Source: Octopus sinensis
Lineage: Eukaryota
Reading direction: 5' to 3'
Length of the DNA stretch: 64,000 bases
Assembly: GCF_006345805.1 (NCBI RefSeq)
Contig: NC_043013.1
Coordinates: forward strand, 43,772,001-43,836,000
Shown here: positions 1 to 11,317 of the stretch, piece after piece
Numbering within the stretch: the first letter of the stretch is position 1
Layout of the letters: each line of letters opens with the position of its first letter
Program-made: the position numbers and the translations under genes
Notes under the pieces: model-generated
Told to the model about the DNA's origin: nothing
Databases searched by the model: none
Seen by the model: only the letters and a program-made list of their open reading frames with translations

Positions 1-39
1 GTATATAATTGTGAAATATTAAAAATGAAGTTGTTTTTT

Positions 40-115
40 ACCAACCACCAGTGGGGCATTCATTTTTCTGGAAAGTTATAGTGGGGCCTTGAGGAAAATA
101 GGTTGGGAAACACTG
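40..115. mobile_element. End of a hAT-like MITE
   Basis: Ends in GGTTGGGAAACACTG, the reverse complement of the CAGTGTTTCCCAACC terminus also seen at 20586; the other end is not seen. Confidence 0.4.
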
Positions 116-699
116 CTGTAGATATATTAGTACCAAATCCAATTTAAACTGAAGATCTAACTCAACACTAGTTCTAGGTGCAGTGTGATATTTACATATT
201 TTCTACGAAGACTCTGGTTGGTCAAAGGATGATGAATAAAATGTGATGGATGGAAATTGTTTCTAAGTCCATTTGATGGACTGAACAATTTGTGTATGAA
301 TACTTGATGCAATCTATTTTCAACTTTAGCATCACTACCTGGCCCTTGGGTGCCTTTAGGAGATTCCACTAAACTGCAAAATATTCTGGCCAAGTCTCTG
401 TTCTAAACAGAATTGCTTTCCCCTTGTAGGTTCAGAAAAAGGGTGTGGTCACTACCCTTTCACTTCTTTCTATGCCACCATTGTAAAAAAAAATGAGAAG
501 TTTTTCCTTTTTATTATTTTTTTTTGTCTAAGAAATTAGACTAATGGAAGTCTGAATTAGACATTTTACAACTTTTATTTATGCGTACAAATACAGGAAC
601 TTTGGGCTAAATCTGACTGTTTGCATAAAAGGAAGAGAAAACACAATATCCCATCCAAAAATAAAAGTATTTTAAAAAACCAAAAAATATAAATCAATT

Positions 700-1110
700 A
701 GATTATGGCTGGAAGATAATGGTTTACTCAAAGTAGCCACCCTCAGCTTCCACCACAGCAGCCTGGTGCATGCATTCCTCACAGTGTCTCTGGGAAGATC
801 TTCAAACGCGTCCTTGATCTTGGCCACCAGGTCAACCTTGGTGTTTGCAGGCGGTGTGGTTGGTGCCTTTCTCAACTGTGCCCCATGCATAGTAATCCAT
901 TGAATTATAATTGAGAAAATAAGGAAGCCAGAAATTTGCGACTGGTAAAGTAGAAATTCCCCAACAACCACTTCTGATTCTTTCTGGAAGTATGGCAAGG
1001 AGCCGAATCTTGCTACCACATATGGATTTCCAACAGCGTCCATTCTAGCCAAGAATTGACAACACACTCCAGCAGCTTCACATAGCCATCTGAATTGAAC
1101 CTAAGGCTCT
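700..1110 (-). mobile_element. Decayed Tc1/mariner (maT/DD37D-like) transposase C-terminal fragment
   Basis: Frameshifted translation reads PYVWQQDSAPCHTS...MDYYAWGTVEK...NTKVDLVAKIKDAFEDLPRDTVRNACTR, typical of this family. Confidence 0.75.
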
Positions 1111-1194
1111 ATTCAAAGATGTAAGGATGAATTCTGGCATACAAACACAGTCAGAATGCCTACTGTGTTGCTTCCTGCTGGCCACAGCTTCATT

Positions 1195-1323
1195 ATTTCT
1201 GTTGCAGTGGTCCATGGATGCCCTTCCTAACACCAACCACTTTACATAGTGGACTGGGTGCTTTTACATGGCACTAGCACCAGCAAGGTCTGTTTTGGCA
1301 TGGTTTTCACAGCTGGATGCCCA

Positions 1324-1325
<2 letters not shown>
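1195..1325 (-). mobile_element. RTE-type LINE/SINE 3' tail fragment
   Basis: GGTTGGTGTTAGGAAGGGCATCC and GGGCATCCAGCTGTGAAAACC motifs; related fragments at about 40210-40245 and 57585-57625. Confidence 0.5.
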
Positions 1326-1364
<39 letters not shown>

Positions 1365-1367
<3 letters not shown>

Positions 1368-1559
1368 AGATGTACTCGCATAGCAAGTAATTTGATCTGA
1401 GATCGTGTGCTGAAACGAAAACAATTGCAGCGTGGAAGGTGTTTATAAGCCATTTAAGAAACACACAAAAGCCGTTCGATTCACTTCAACATTTAAGTTT
1501 AATTTGTCAAAATATTTTCGTCGCTAAAATCCGCGACCTGTTCACTGACAAAGTCCGTG

Positions 1560-1562
<3 letters not shown>
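1365..1562 (-). mobile_element. 198-bp solo Penelope-type pseudo-LTR or retrozyme-like element between two (TA)n tracts
   Basis: Bounded by (TA)n on both sides; contains a minimal type I hammerhead fold; no ORF. Confidence 0.6.
1503..1552 (-). ncRNA. Minimal type I hammerhead ribozyme motif, G3-C8 core variant
   Basis: Minus strand reads TTTGTCA-GTGAACA-G-GTCGC-ggatttta-GCGAC-GAAA-ATATT-T-TGACAAA: 7-bp helix I, 5-bp helix II, palindromic helix III (AATATT). Confidence 0.65.
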
Positions 1563-1611
<49 letters not shown>

Positions 1612-1613
<2 letters not shown>

Positions 1614-1752
1614 CAAGCTTCTTTCAAATCCACTTACAAGGGTTTTGTCAGCCTGAGACTATGCTAGAAGACACTTGCCCAAGGTGGCACATAATGGAAT
1701 TGAACTCAGAACCATGTGGTTAAGCAGCAAGCTTTTTACCTCACACACAGCA
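1612..1752 (-). mobile_element. SINE family A, 5' half
   Basis: Reverse complement of the A/B-box head and CCTTGGGCAAGTGTCTTCT body seen in other copies. Confidence 0.8.
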
Positions 1753-2295
1753 ACTTAGTTGCTTTGAGATGCCATCCACTGCGTAAAGCCTAGTCTGTTT
1801 GGATTTTTAATGCTCACTCCATTGTATATATTTTCACTATTTTAACTATTCCACAACACGTTAGAGACTTGTATTTTTTTCACATGACCCTTTCCTTACA
1901 CAAATATTTGTAGGTGCAGTCATGTGAAACACACCTACAACTAATAAGTATAAATTCTGAGTAGTTACAATACACTATTATGAGTTTAGATAGGGAAACA
2001 ATATAACGTAGCATTTGTGTTTTTCTGAAGAATTTTATCAAAGTAAATGAGCTAAATTAGCACCAATTAGAAAATAAACCAGGTCAGAGTCACAGCTTTC
2101 TTACAATTAAATGTTATTGTAGTAGTGGTAAAAATGAAAAAATAACTACAAAAATAAAAAGAAATAGACTTGTTTGGTAACTATTTAAAACCATGACATT
2201 GACTTTCATGTAAGGAAGTAAAAATCCATTTAAAGTTGACACACACCAACCAATAGTCAATTTCATAGACTTACGTATATGGACATGTTTATCGT

Positions 2296-2659
2296 GACTG
2301 GTGGTAAGAAGCTTGCTTACCAACCACATGGTTCTGGGTTCAGTCCCACTATGTGGCACCTTGGGCAAGTGTATTCTACTATAGCCTTGGACTGACCAAA
2401 GCCTTGGGAGTGAATTTGGTAGACAAAAATTGAAAGGAGCCCATCATATACGAGTATATGTGTATGAGTGTGTTTGTCCCCCACCAACACTTGACAACTG
2501 GGGATTGTTTGTTTATGTCCTTGTAACTTAGCGGTTTGACAAAAGACCGATAGAATAAGTACTAGGCTTTAAAAAAAAGTTGATTCATTTGTCTAAAAAC
2601 TCAAGGTGGTGTTCCAGCATGGCCACAGTCTAATGACTTATACAAGTAAAAGATAAAAG
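2296..2659 (+). mobile_element. SINE family A (tRNA-derived head, internal microsatellite, CR1-like tail)
   Basis: Matches the family consensus seen in more than 15 copies in the window. Confidence 0.9.
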
Positions 2660-2674
2660 CAGACAAATGTGTAT

Positions 2675-2992
2675 GTGGAGGCACAATGGCCCAGTGGTTA
2701 GGGCAGCGGACTCGCTGTCGGAGGATCGCGGTTTTGATTCCCAGACCGGGCGTTGTGTGTGTTTATTGAGCGAAAACACCTAAAAGCTCCACGAGGCTCC
2801 GGCAGGGGGTGGTGGTGATCCCTGTTGTACTCTTTTACTCCAACTTTCTCTCACTCTTTCTTCCTGTTTCTTGAGTAACGCTGCGATGGACTGGCATCCC
2901 GTCCAGCTGTGGGGAACACACACGCCACAGAAAGCGGGAAACTGGGCCCATGAGCCTGGCTAGGCTTGAAAAGGGCGCATAAATAAAATAAA
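2675..2992 (+). mobile_element. SINE family B, tail type 1
   Basis: Head GTGGAGGCACAATGGCCCAGTGG (A box) and GATTCCC (B box); A-rich end. Confidence 0.9.
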
Positions 2993-3002
2993 TAATTTTA
3001 AA

Positions 3003-3018
3003 AAAAATATATATATAT

Positions 3019-3098
<80 letters not shown>

Positions 3099-3120
3099 AT
3101 ATTATATATATATGTATATA

Positions 3121-3153
<33 letters not shown>

Positions 3154-3161
3154 ATATATAT

Positions 3162-3225
<64 letters not shown>

Positions 3226-3272
3226 TATATACACACACATATATACAATTATAGACACAACATATATATATA
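3003..3272. repeat. (TA)n/(CA)n compound microsatellite
   Basis: Direct inspection. Confidence 0.98.
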
Positions 3273-3277
3273 TTTAC

Positions 3278-3530
3278 ACCCTTACTCTTTACTCTTACCA
3301 TTTACTCTAGCTTAAGTGCTATGCCCATGCTAGGGCACCATCAATTAGTGTTACTACACTTTCATTAACCCATCTTTAATTGTTGGTATTTGGAGAATGA
3401 GGGAGCTTAATGCTGCTCCCTTCAATTGCACTTCCTGCCATGAAGTTGGTTCATCTGGGGCTCTTGACAGTAGGAGATCCAATTTTGTTTTAAAGACATC
3501 TGTGAGATGGTGTCAAAAGGTTCCCAGATT
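3278..3530 (-). mobile_element. CR1/L2-clade LINE 3' end
   Basis: Minus strand reads DVFKTKLDLLLSRAPDEPTSWQEV, a CR1-like ORF2 C-terminus, followed by a short UTR ending in GAGTAAA-type repeats. Confidence 0.7.
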
Positions 3531-3701
3531 ACTTATGTTTAATAAAAAAAATAACTTATTTAACAAAGTTTTAACACTACCTCCTTCAAAATAATCACTT
3601 TTCACTGCATTATATCAGTTCCAGCATTCCTGCCTCTTGTGTACATGAGAGAGTGAAAGATGGAGAAAAGGAGAGAGTGTATGTACATATCTTAGTGTGT
3701 A

Positions 3702-4087
3702 GTGGAGGCGCAATGGCCCAGTGGTTAGGGCAGCAGACTCGCGGTCAAAGGATCGCGGTTTCGATTCCCAGACCAGGCGTTGTGAGTGTTTATTGAGCGA
3801 AAACACCTAAAGCTCAACGAGGCTCCGGCAGGGGATGGTGGTGATCCCTGCTGTACTCTTTCACCACAACTTTCTCTCACTCTTACTTCCTGTTTCTGTT
3901 GTACCTGTATTTCAAAGGGCCGGCCCTGTCACTCTCTGTGTCACGCTGAATATCCCCGAGAACTATGTTAAGGGTACACGTGTCTGTGGAATGCTCAGCC
4001 ACTTACACGTTAATTTCACGAGCAGGCTGTTCTGTTGATTCGGATCAACCGGAATCCTCGTCGTCGTAACCGACGGAATGCTTCCAA
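3702..4087 (+). mobile_element. SINE family B, tail type 2
   Basis: Family B head; flanked by a 12-bp TSD ATCTTAGTGTGT/ATCTAAGTGTGT (3689-3700, 4088-4099). Confidence 0.92.
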
Positions 4088-4303
4088 ATCTAAGTGTGTG
4101 ATGGGTGAAGGTAATTATGGATAAGTATTTGTGAGAAACAGATCCAAACTCAACTCATGCTGAATACTGTCACACATGAATGAACAATAATCACAACAAT
4201 AAAATGACAAGCCACAAACCAACTCCTTGACAGAACAGAAAATCAGTAACAACAGCAACAACAATTGTAACAATAACAACAACACCAGCAAAGATATATA
4301 TGA

Positions 4304-4523
4304 CCCTTTTGTTACTGTATTTATTTTGAGATGCTCTGTGTTTCTTTCAATTACTTTAAATATAAGAAAGAATTTAGTAAAATAACTTAGTTATCATTAA
4401 GCTAGTGTTAGGAACATAAATTGTAACTAAGGCTTGGTGGAATATTTTAATTCAAAACTTATGAAAACAAGACATTTTACCACAGAGCCAGAGCCGGTTT
4501 TGGCCGGGTTAGTAACAAAAGGG
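4304..4523. mobile_element. piggyBac-like MITE
   Basis: 13-bp TIRs CCCTTTTGTTACT/AGTAACAAAAGGG; TTAA on the right, degenerate on the left. Confidence 0.65.
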
Positions 4524-4529
4524 TTAAGC

Positions 4530-4790
4530 CCCCAAAATCTAGGTGCATGGAGATCAGAAGGGGAAAAGTAACCAACAAAATCAAGCTGCAAGTGCAAGGA
4601 GGGGTCATTTCATCAATAGAGGAAAATCCAATTAAATGCCTTAGAAAGATGATTGACAAATCACTCCAGTACTGTGAAGCAAGCAGAGGAATGGTTGAAG
4701 GGGATTGAAAGATCAAGGCTTCCAGAAAAATACAGGATATGGCTCTACCAACACGGTCTGCTTCCAAGACTTATGTGGCTATTGACTCTG
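4530..4790 (+). mobile_element. HERO-like (RLE-clade) non-LTR retrotransposon fragment
   Basis: KSRCMEIRRGKVTNKIKLQVQGGVISSIEENPIKCL then, after a frameshift, EEWLKGIERSRLPEKYRIWLYQHGLLPRLMW; resembles the HERO post-RT region from memory. Confidence 0.65.
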
Positions 4791-5272
4791 AATGAGGCTG
4801 CAAAGAGAGAGGTTTGGAGATGCCACTATGAAAGGTTGCTCAATAAAGAGATGAATGGGAGAAAGAGAGTCTGTCAAATGTCGACTCAGCAGAGGGACCA
4901 GCTATCCAAATTGACAGTACCTTGGTAGATAAAGCAATTAAGAGTATGAAGACAGGGAAAGTCCCTGGCCCATCAGGAATCACCGCAGAGATGCTCAGAG
5001 ATGCTCAAAATATCTGGCGGTGTCGGCTACAGCCTAGTCACCCGTATAGTTAACCTGGTGATACATGAAGGAGTTATACCCAATGACTGGTGTAGCAGCA
5101 TAATAGTAAACTGCTACAAAGGCAAAGGTGACGCTTTAGATACAAATAATTACAGAGGTATCAAGTTGTTAGATCAGGTAATGAAGGTCACAGAGAGGGT
5201 CATAGCCCAACTAATTAGAGAGAAAGTCAGTTTAGATGAGATGTAGTTTGGTTTCGTGCCAGGGAAAAGCAC
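4791..5272 (+). mobile_element. RTE-clade LINE ORF2 fragment (N-terminal RT domains)
   Basis: KTGKVPGPSGITAEML...IPNDWCSSIIVNCYKGKGDALDTNNYRGIKLLDQVMKVTERVI...FGFVPGKST. Confidence 0.9.
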
Positions 5273-6214
5273 CAGGCTCTCAGTGCCCAGTTGACCAACG
5301 GCTCGGTCCGCTCCTGCTCTGAGGAAAGGAAACTGATAAGCCAATTAATCAATTAGTTAATTAGTTTATTAATTATCAAATTTGCTGATAATAGATCTTA
5401 TTGAACTATGTAGCACTTGTTAAGTGGAGAATTAGAGAGAAAAGCAGACCATAGCAAGTCATACGAAAAAATGTAAAGACCACTTTCTTCAATTATACTT
5501 CAACATTTCTAATGGCATCAGTAGACAAAAATGGAAAAGGCATTGCCCCAGAGGAGAGTGAGGGAAATGCTCTGGAACAGCCACTCTGACATACGGAGCT
5601 CACACTGATGGACAGCAATCTCTGCCCTGATAGCTGTTGAGGAGGAATATGATCCCGGGACCAAGAATACTGGAGGTCTTGGGATATGGTCCAGAGGCTA
5701 AGAATGCCGGAGGTCTCAACTACCACAGACTCGACCATAAACCTATTGGAGAGCAACCGATATCTTAGTTTGTTTTTCTCGGCCTAATGAGCAGCAGATT
5801 CAGGGCTGGTGGTTAACAACACCCAGTTGTCACTGGAGAAAGTGTCACAGCATGTGGTATCCCAGGAGAGGGACCTACTGCCATGGAACAGGAAAATTGT
5901 CATACTATCTGGCTTTTTTACCATCCACTTGGTTTAGCCCCACTGGCTTGAGCTGGGAAGGGAAGTGTGTAATGTCTAGGCCCTGCTTTATGATCTTGTT
6001 AAGGGTGGCGTGGTGTTGAAGGCAGCCAGCACTATGATGGCAGGACAGTTGCACTGACTTGACCAACACGGTTTGGTATGTTTCCCCTCAGCCTCTGATC
6101 CTTACACAGGAGTATGGCTCAATGTGGTGCCGTCACTCGCAACTGGCACTCAGCTTGATAGTGACTAACTGTGCATTGGTGCTTCCCTAAGGCTTGGGCT
6201 TCAGTAGATTTTAT

Positions 6215-6478
6215 AATCATGTGATTATGTGACCGACCAGACTATCAGATGCTGTTATACATTGTTGGTCACAATGCGTTTTTCACTGTTTTAGCCATCA
6301 AACGATGCCACCCTGCTGGTTAGGCAAGCAGGCCAACACTCCCCCTTGATCAAAAGGGGTTTGGAGCAACATGAAATGAAGTGTTTTGCTCAAGAAAACA
6401 ACACTCTGCCTGGTCTAGGAATTGAACCCACGAACTAGCGATCATAAATACAACAGCCTAACCACTACACCATGTGCT
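6215..6478 (-). mobile_element. Older tRNA-derived SINE with a CORE/Meta-like central motif
   Basis: Head TGTAGTGGTTAGG...GGGTTCAATTCC and CTTGAGCAAAACACTTC; its tail is also seen at 59330-59450 on the plus strand. Confidence 0.65.
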
Positions 6479-6914
6479 TTCACAGACCACGTAATAATGG
6501 AACAATGCAAGCCACTACATTACATGCTATAAGAGCTTCCAGAGACTACTTAAGCACCAAATCAGAATGTTTTGAGTCTTGCAAATATTTCTTTAAATTT
6601 CATGGTTTATCATTCATCTTATCTCTCCTCTTTATCTGTTACTGTTATTGTTATTGTTGTTATTGTTGTTGTTCACACAGTGAGATGACAGAATTGTTAG
6701 CACGCTGGACAAATTGCTTAGCAGAATTTAATTCATTTTTATGTTCTGAGTTCAAATTCCACGAAGGTTGACTGTCTTTCATCCTTTTAGAGGCAATAAG
6801 AATAAATACCAGTTGAACACTAGAATCAATGTAATTGATTTCCTCACTTCTTAGTTGCTGGTAAAATAAGAAAGGATTATTATTATCATTATTATTATTA
6901 TTATTATTATTATT

Positions 6915-7439
6915 GAGTGAGAGAGCAGTTCATGCCATCAAAGTGACACTGGGGTAAAATATACGAAGCCCAATATACCCATCATGGACTACCCGTCTGA
7001 TAAAGGTACACAGGCACATGCATCACAACCATATTGCGCGACACACTTGTGATCTCATATCAAGATAAACAGCACATGACCTTGCAGGTGGAGCCCAGTT
7101 AGAATTTTCTTCAGGTTGAGTAGCCCATCCTGCTCAAAAGGTCCCTGAATAAGGGTTGCTTTAGGATGTTGAACGAAACACCTATGTTTCCAGAGGTGAA
7201 TTATTCAAACCCCAAAGAATCCCTCTCAACACATGGCCATGATGCTCCCCCACTACTTCTGCTCGTGATCAGAGATGCACATATCGTCAGCCACTAAGGG
7301 ACATGCTCAACTGGTTAAGGCCAAACAACTGACAAGCAAATCTGTGGTATTGAGCAAGACAAAACAATGTACATGATAACACTTCCAATCAGTTAAGATC
7401 AGAAGCCATGAGAGCCACTGCCTGGTACTGCATCAGGGC

Positions 7440-7442
<3 letters not shown>
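6915..7442 (+). mobile_element. Unclassified retroposon-like segment between (ATT)n tracts
   Basis: About 525 bp of higher-GC sequence ending GGGCATTTATTATT..., with (ATT)n on both sides. Confidence 0.45.
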
Positions 7443-7505
<63 letters not shown>

Positions 7506-7521
7506 CATTATTATTATTATT

Positions 7522-7735
7522 AAGGCGACGAGCTGGCAGAATCATTAGCGTGCTTAGCATACTAATGTTAGTGGCATTTCGTCTGTCCTTGTGTTCAGAG
7601 TTCAGATTCCGCTTAGGTCAGCTTTGCCTTTCATCCTTTTGGGATCGATAAAATAAGTACCAGTTGAGAAATGGTGTCGATGTAATCGACTTTCTCTTTC
7701 CCTGAAATTGCTATCCCTCTGTCCTAAAATTTCAG
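7522..7735 (+). mobile_element. SINE family C, diverged copy
   Basis: GGCGACGAGCTGGCAGAATC head and GAGTTCAGATTCCG B box. Confidence 0.8.
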
Positions 7736-7761
7736 GCCTTGTATCTATAGTAGAAAGGATT

Positions 7762-7960
7762 TGTGTTTGTCCCCGCCAGCCGCTTGAGAACTGGTATTTG
7801 TTTGTTTACATCCCCGTCACTGAGCCAATTGGTAAAAAAGACCGATAGAGTAAGTACTAGACTTACAAACAAGTACTGGGCTCGATCTATTCGGCTAAAA
7901 CTGTTCCAGGTGGTGCCTCCGCGTGGCCGCAGCCCAAATGCTGAAACAGGTAAAAGATAC
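7762..7960 (+). mobile_element. SINE family A, 3' half
   Basis: Matches the family tail. Confidence 0.8.
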
Positions 7961-7975
7961 GGATAAAAAGAAAAT

Positions 7976-8370
7976 GGATCTTTTCGGTTTGAACGGCAGT
8001 TTTTAAAAATAATCTCCACGTTACAACACACTTTTAAACTTCGTATACTGGTTCTCTTGCCTTTATTGAGAAAATTCTATAGTTTGTAAGATATTTGTTG
8101 TTTTTTTTCTTCAATTTCTGCAATTTCAACCAATTACTGACGTCTATTGAAGTAAAAAAAACATTCTGTGCCGTATGAATATGTCCCTCGTTTAAGAAAC
8201 AGATTGGGTTTATTTATATTTCTGAAGAAAAAAAGATACCCTTCCCCCCACCCCTAACCCTAATCCTAAAACAGATTGAAATGCAATAGATCGATACTAG
8301 GGTCATAATTATGGGTGACAATTTCATATGACACCGCTAGAAAAAACTGCCGTTCAAACCGAAAAGATCC
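7976..8370. mobile_element. GGATC-terminal MITE with 8-bp TSD (Merlin-like by TSD length and GG termini)
   Basis: TIR GGATCTTTTCGGTTTGAACGGCAGTTTTT and its reverse complement; perfect TSD AAGAAAAT at 7968-7975 and 8371-8378. Confidence 0.9.
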
Positions 8371-9084
8371 AAGAAAATTAAAAAATTTCCCCTATATGAC
8401 AGAAATTTGTCAACAACATAAAAAAATCTCTTAAATAGAAGCAGTAGATTATCATCTACCGTAAAACAACCTATTAAAGACCGTTTAACCATGAAAACAA
8501 TCTACAGAATAAATGACCAACGAACCATGAAAAAATTCCCTGCACGTTTGATGAATAAGTTATCTTCAATAAATAAATAAAGAAAGAACTAAAGAAATAA
8601 ATGAAAACAAGTAACTCTACAAACAAAAAGCAATATGGCCAACGAACTGTAACAAGATTTACTACGGAAAGTTCACGAGTAATCTTCGTCAACGAACCAT
8701 AAAATAACTTCCTGTACAAGTTAACGAACAAGTAATTACCATATAAACAATTAAATCTAGAAAGAAAGCATGACCAGTGAGTAGTAAATAAGAGCTTCCC
8801 TACTTTGAGTGACAGGATATATGCTTCGTGACCATAGATTTCCCGGCAATAAAGATATTGCTTAAAAAAAAAAGACGTAAAACAACCAATTTAGGAAGAC
8901 GAAGATCTGAGCCTTCTTAAAATTTATAAACCAATCAAATACAAGCAACGCGCAAATTAATCTAGAACACAAAAGAACATGCTCGCACTAATGGGTGTAA
9001 CAGAAAAGACATGCTCTATCAAGTTATTGAAGTTCTTGTCTGACGATCGCGATGACGTGAAACATGAATCGCGAGTAAGGAATT

Positions 9085-9113
9085 CTCTCTCTTCTCTCTC
9101 TCCTCTCCTCTCT

Positions 9114-9149
<36 letters not shown>

Positions 9150-9185
9150 CTCTCTCCTCTCTTTCTCTCTCTCCTCTCTCTCTCT

Positions 9186-9232
<47 letters not shown>

Positions 9233-9465
9233 ATATATATATATATAATGTGTGTGTGTGCGTGTGTGTTTGTGTATGTTTGTCCACCACCATCGCTTGA
9301 TAACGAGCGTTGGTTTGTTTACGTCCCTAAAACCTAGCGGTTCTATAAAAAAAGAAGCCGATAGATTAAGTACTAATTTTTTTTAAATATATACTCTAGT
9401 TGGATTGTTCGACTAAACTTTTCAAGGCGGTGCCCCAGCATGGCCTCAGTCCAATGACTGAAACA
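9085..9465 (+). repeat. (TC)n-(TA)n-(TG)n microsatellite followed by a SINE A 3' half
   Basis: Direct inspection. Confidence 0.85.
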
Positions 9466-9467
9466 TA

Positions 9468-9521
<54 letters not shown>

Positions 9522-9948
9522 CGTCAGTAGCTCATATATCCGAAAAGGCATTAGAGCAATAATTATTTTTGTTTTGTTTTTGTTTGTTTTAGGTAGTTAA
9601 ATGTTATGACCGATGAGATAGTGACCATTGTTTTCGCACCTATAAAGCGTTTAGCAGCGTAAGCGACTCGTCAGACTCAAATGGCTGAAGGTACATAACC
9701 TCTCTATCTTAACAATAAATTCAAATATAGACCCCTACATCTTTAAATTAGGATTCGAAAATACATAACACCATAACACCCCAATCACCAACAAACATTG
9801 AACATAGGATCTTTTCTGTTTGGCTGCCACTTTCCAATTTCTTTTTGTTCCATTTGATTTCATATTTGGTGTATTGGTGTAGTTATGTATGGTAGTCATT
9901 GACATGCAATTCATTTCCCCCATAAATCAATAAATAAAGCGTTAATAG

Positions 9949-10189
9949 TGTTGTGAAGATTGCTAGCATCTAAATCTATCCAATAGAAATTGCTGGCATG
10001 CGAATTTGTCCAATGGAATCGAATGGAAAGTTGTAGAACTCTCTAGAATGTTCTAATGGCTTACCGCTATATAAGCAGAGCTTGTAGGGGGACGTCTTTC
10101 CTTGTTATATACTGTTCGAGAGGCAGGTAATAAACCTAACTAGTGTATCACAGTGTTCTTCTTTGCAGGTGAATGAGAGAAGCGTGACA
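9949..10189 (+). mobile_element. 5' LTR of a Ty3/gypsy element
   Basis: TGTTGTG...GTGACA ends; TATATAAG near 10068; followed by PBS-like TGGTGTCGCCGATAGGAT at 10193-10210. Confidence 0.7.
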
Positions 10190-10579
10190 AATTGGTGTCG
10201 CCGATAGGATAAGAAAGACTATCCTTGCCGATTGAACTTTTTACCTTGATGTTGATAATAATCATTTGAAAGGTAAACAACCAGTTTTGCACGTAAGCTT
10301 CTCTATTTCTAGTATCAGTTACATTGTTGCTTTGTCAAGAGTTTTGCGGAATATAATACTTTATGTTACTGTAAACTATTTTTACCTTGACAACAATGGC
10401 GGAACAAAGCGGCGAGCTGAGAAAGTTGTTCCCTCAACAATTTTGACTCCAGAGGGAACAAATGGAGGTACAGGCGCTGCAGCAGAGAAGATATGGAAGC
10501 TTTGAGAAGGCTGATTCAAGTTCAAATTTCTGAAAAGTATTCCAGTCCAAGTTCCTGTCTTTCAACTTCTTCAACTACT

Positions 10580-10979
10580 GGGATGGAAGCACTCCGTCGG
10601 TTACGACGACGAGGGTTCCGGTTGATCCGAATCAACGGAACAGCCTGCTCGTGAAATTAGCGTGTATGGCTGAGCACTCCACAGACACGTGTACCCTTAA
10701 CGTAGTTCTCGGGGATCTTCAAAGGAGAACGGCCGGGGACAGCATGACACGAGAGTGAGAAGGCCAGCCCTTGAAATACAGGTCAACAGAACAGGAAGTA
10801 AGAGTGAGAGAAAGTTGTGGTGAAAGAGTACAGCAGGGATCCCCACCATCCCCTGCGGAGCCTCGTGGAGCTTTAGGTGTTTTCGCTCAAAACACTCACA
10901 ACGCCCGGTCTGGGAATCGAAACCGCGATCCTATGACCGCGAGTCCGCTGCCCTAACCACTGGGCCATTGCGCCTCCAC
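10580..10979 (-). mobile_element. SINE family B, tail type 2, inserted in gag
   Basis: 12-bp TSD TCTTCAACTACT at 10568-10579 and 10980-10991. Confidence 0.95.
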
Positions 10980-11158
10980 TCTTCAACTACTATCCCACCA
11001 TTTGCTGCATTTGATTCAACATCAGAACTGTGACCTGATTACTAGTCAAGACTCCGCACTTTTGTTGTAACTAACGCCGTGCTTGACCAGCGCAAGGCTC
11101 AGGTTTTCTTGACGAATCAAACCGCTACCATCTATAAACAACTGGCGAATCTAGCTAA

Positions 11159-11317
11159 TTACTGGACAGTGTTTTTGTGACGTATATGATATATACTCAG
11201 AAAAAATGCATTTGCGTTATATTAGGAGGTCAAGAAAGATGAGACCATAAAAAAAAAAAAACGTTGAAAAAATAATTCCGGTGAAATCGGGGTCGGAGGA
11301 TTTTCAAGGGTGCATCC
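11159..11317 (+). repeat. Unclassified repeat, copy 1 (inside gag)
   Basis: About 96% identical to the reverse complement of 13159-13314; related to 13810-14380. Confidence 0.85.

Noticed and set aside
157-393. 78-aa minus-strand ORF as a host exon
   Set aside because: No recognisable motif and only weak splice signals.
2675-2760. tRNA-like sequences with A and B boxes
   Set aside because: They are SINE heads: no complete cloverleaf or acceptor stem, and they run into SINE bodies with TSDs.
2960-3315. ORFs rich in YI/IY repeats (also about 18100-18390, 31530-31740 and 53150-53670)
   Set aside because: These are translations of (TA)n/(CA)n microsatellites.
5518-5600. Similarity to about 15540-15620 (GACAAAA..GAAAAGGC.TTGCCCC)
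   Set aside because: Too short and diverged to assign a family or function; probably an old LINE remnant.
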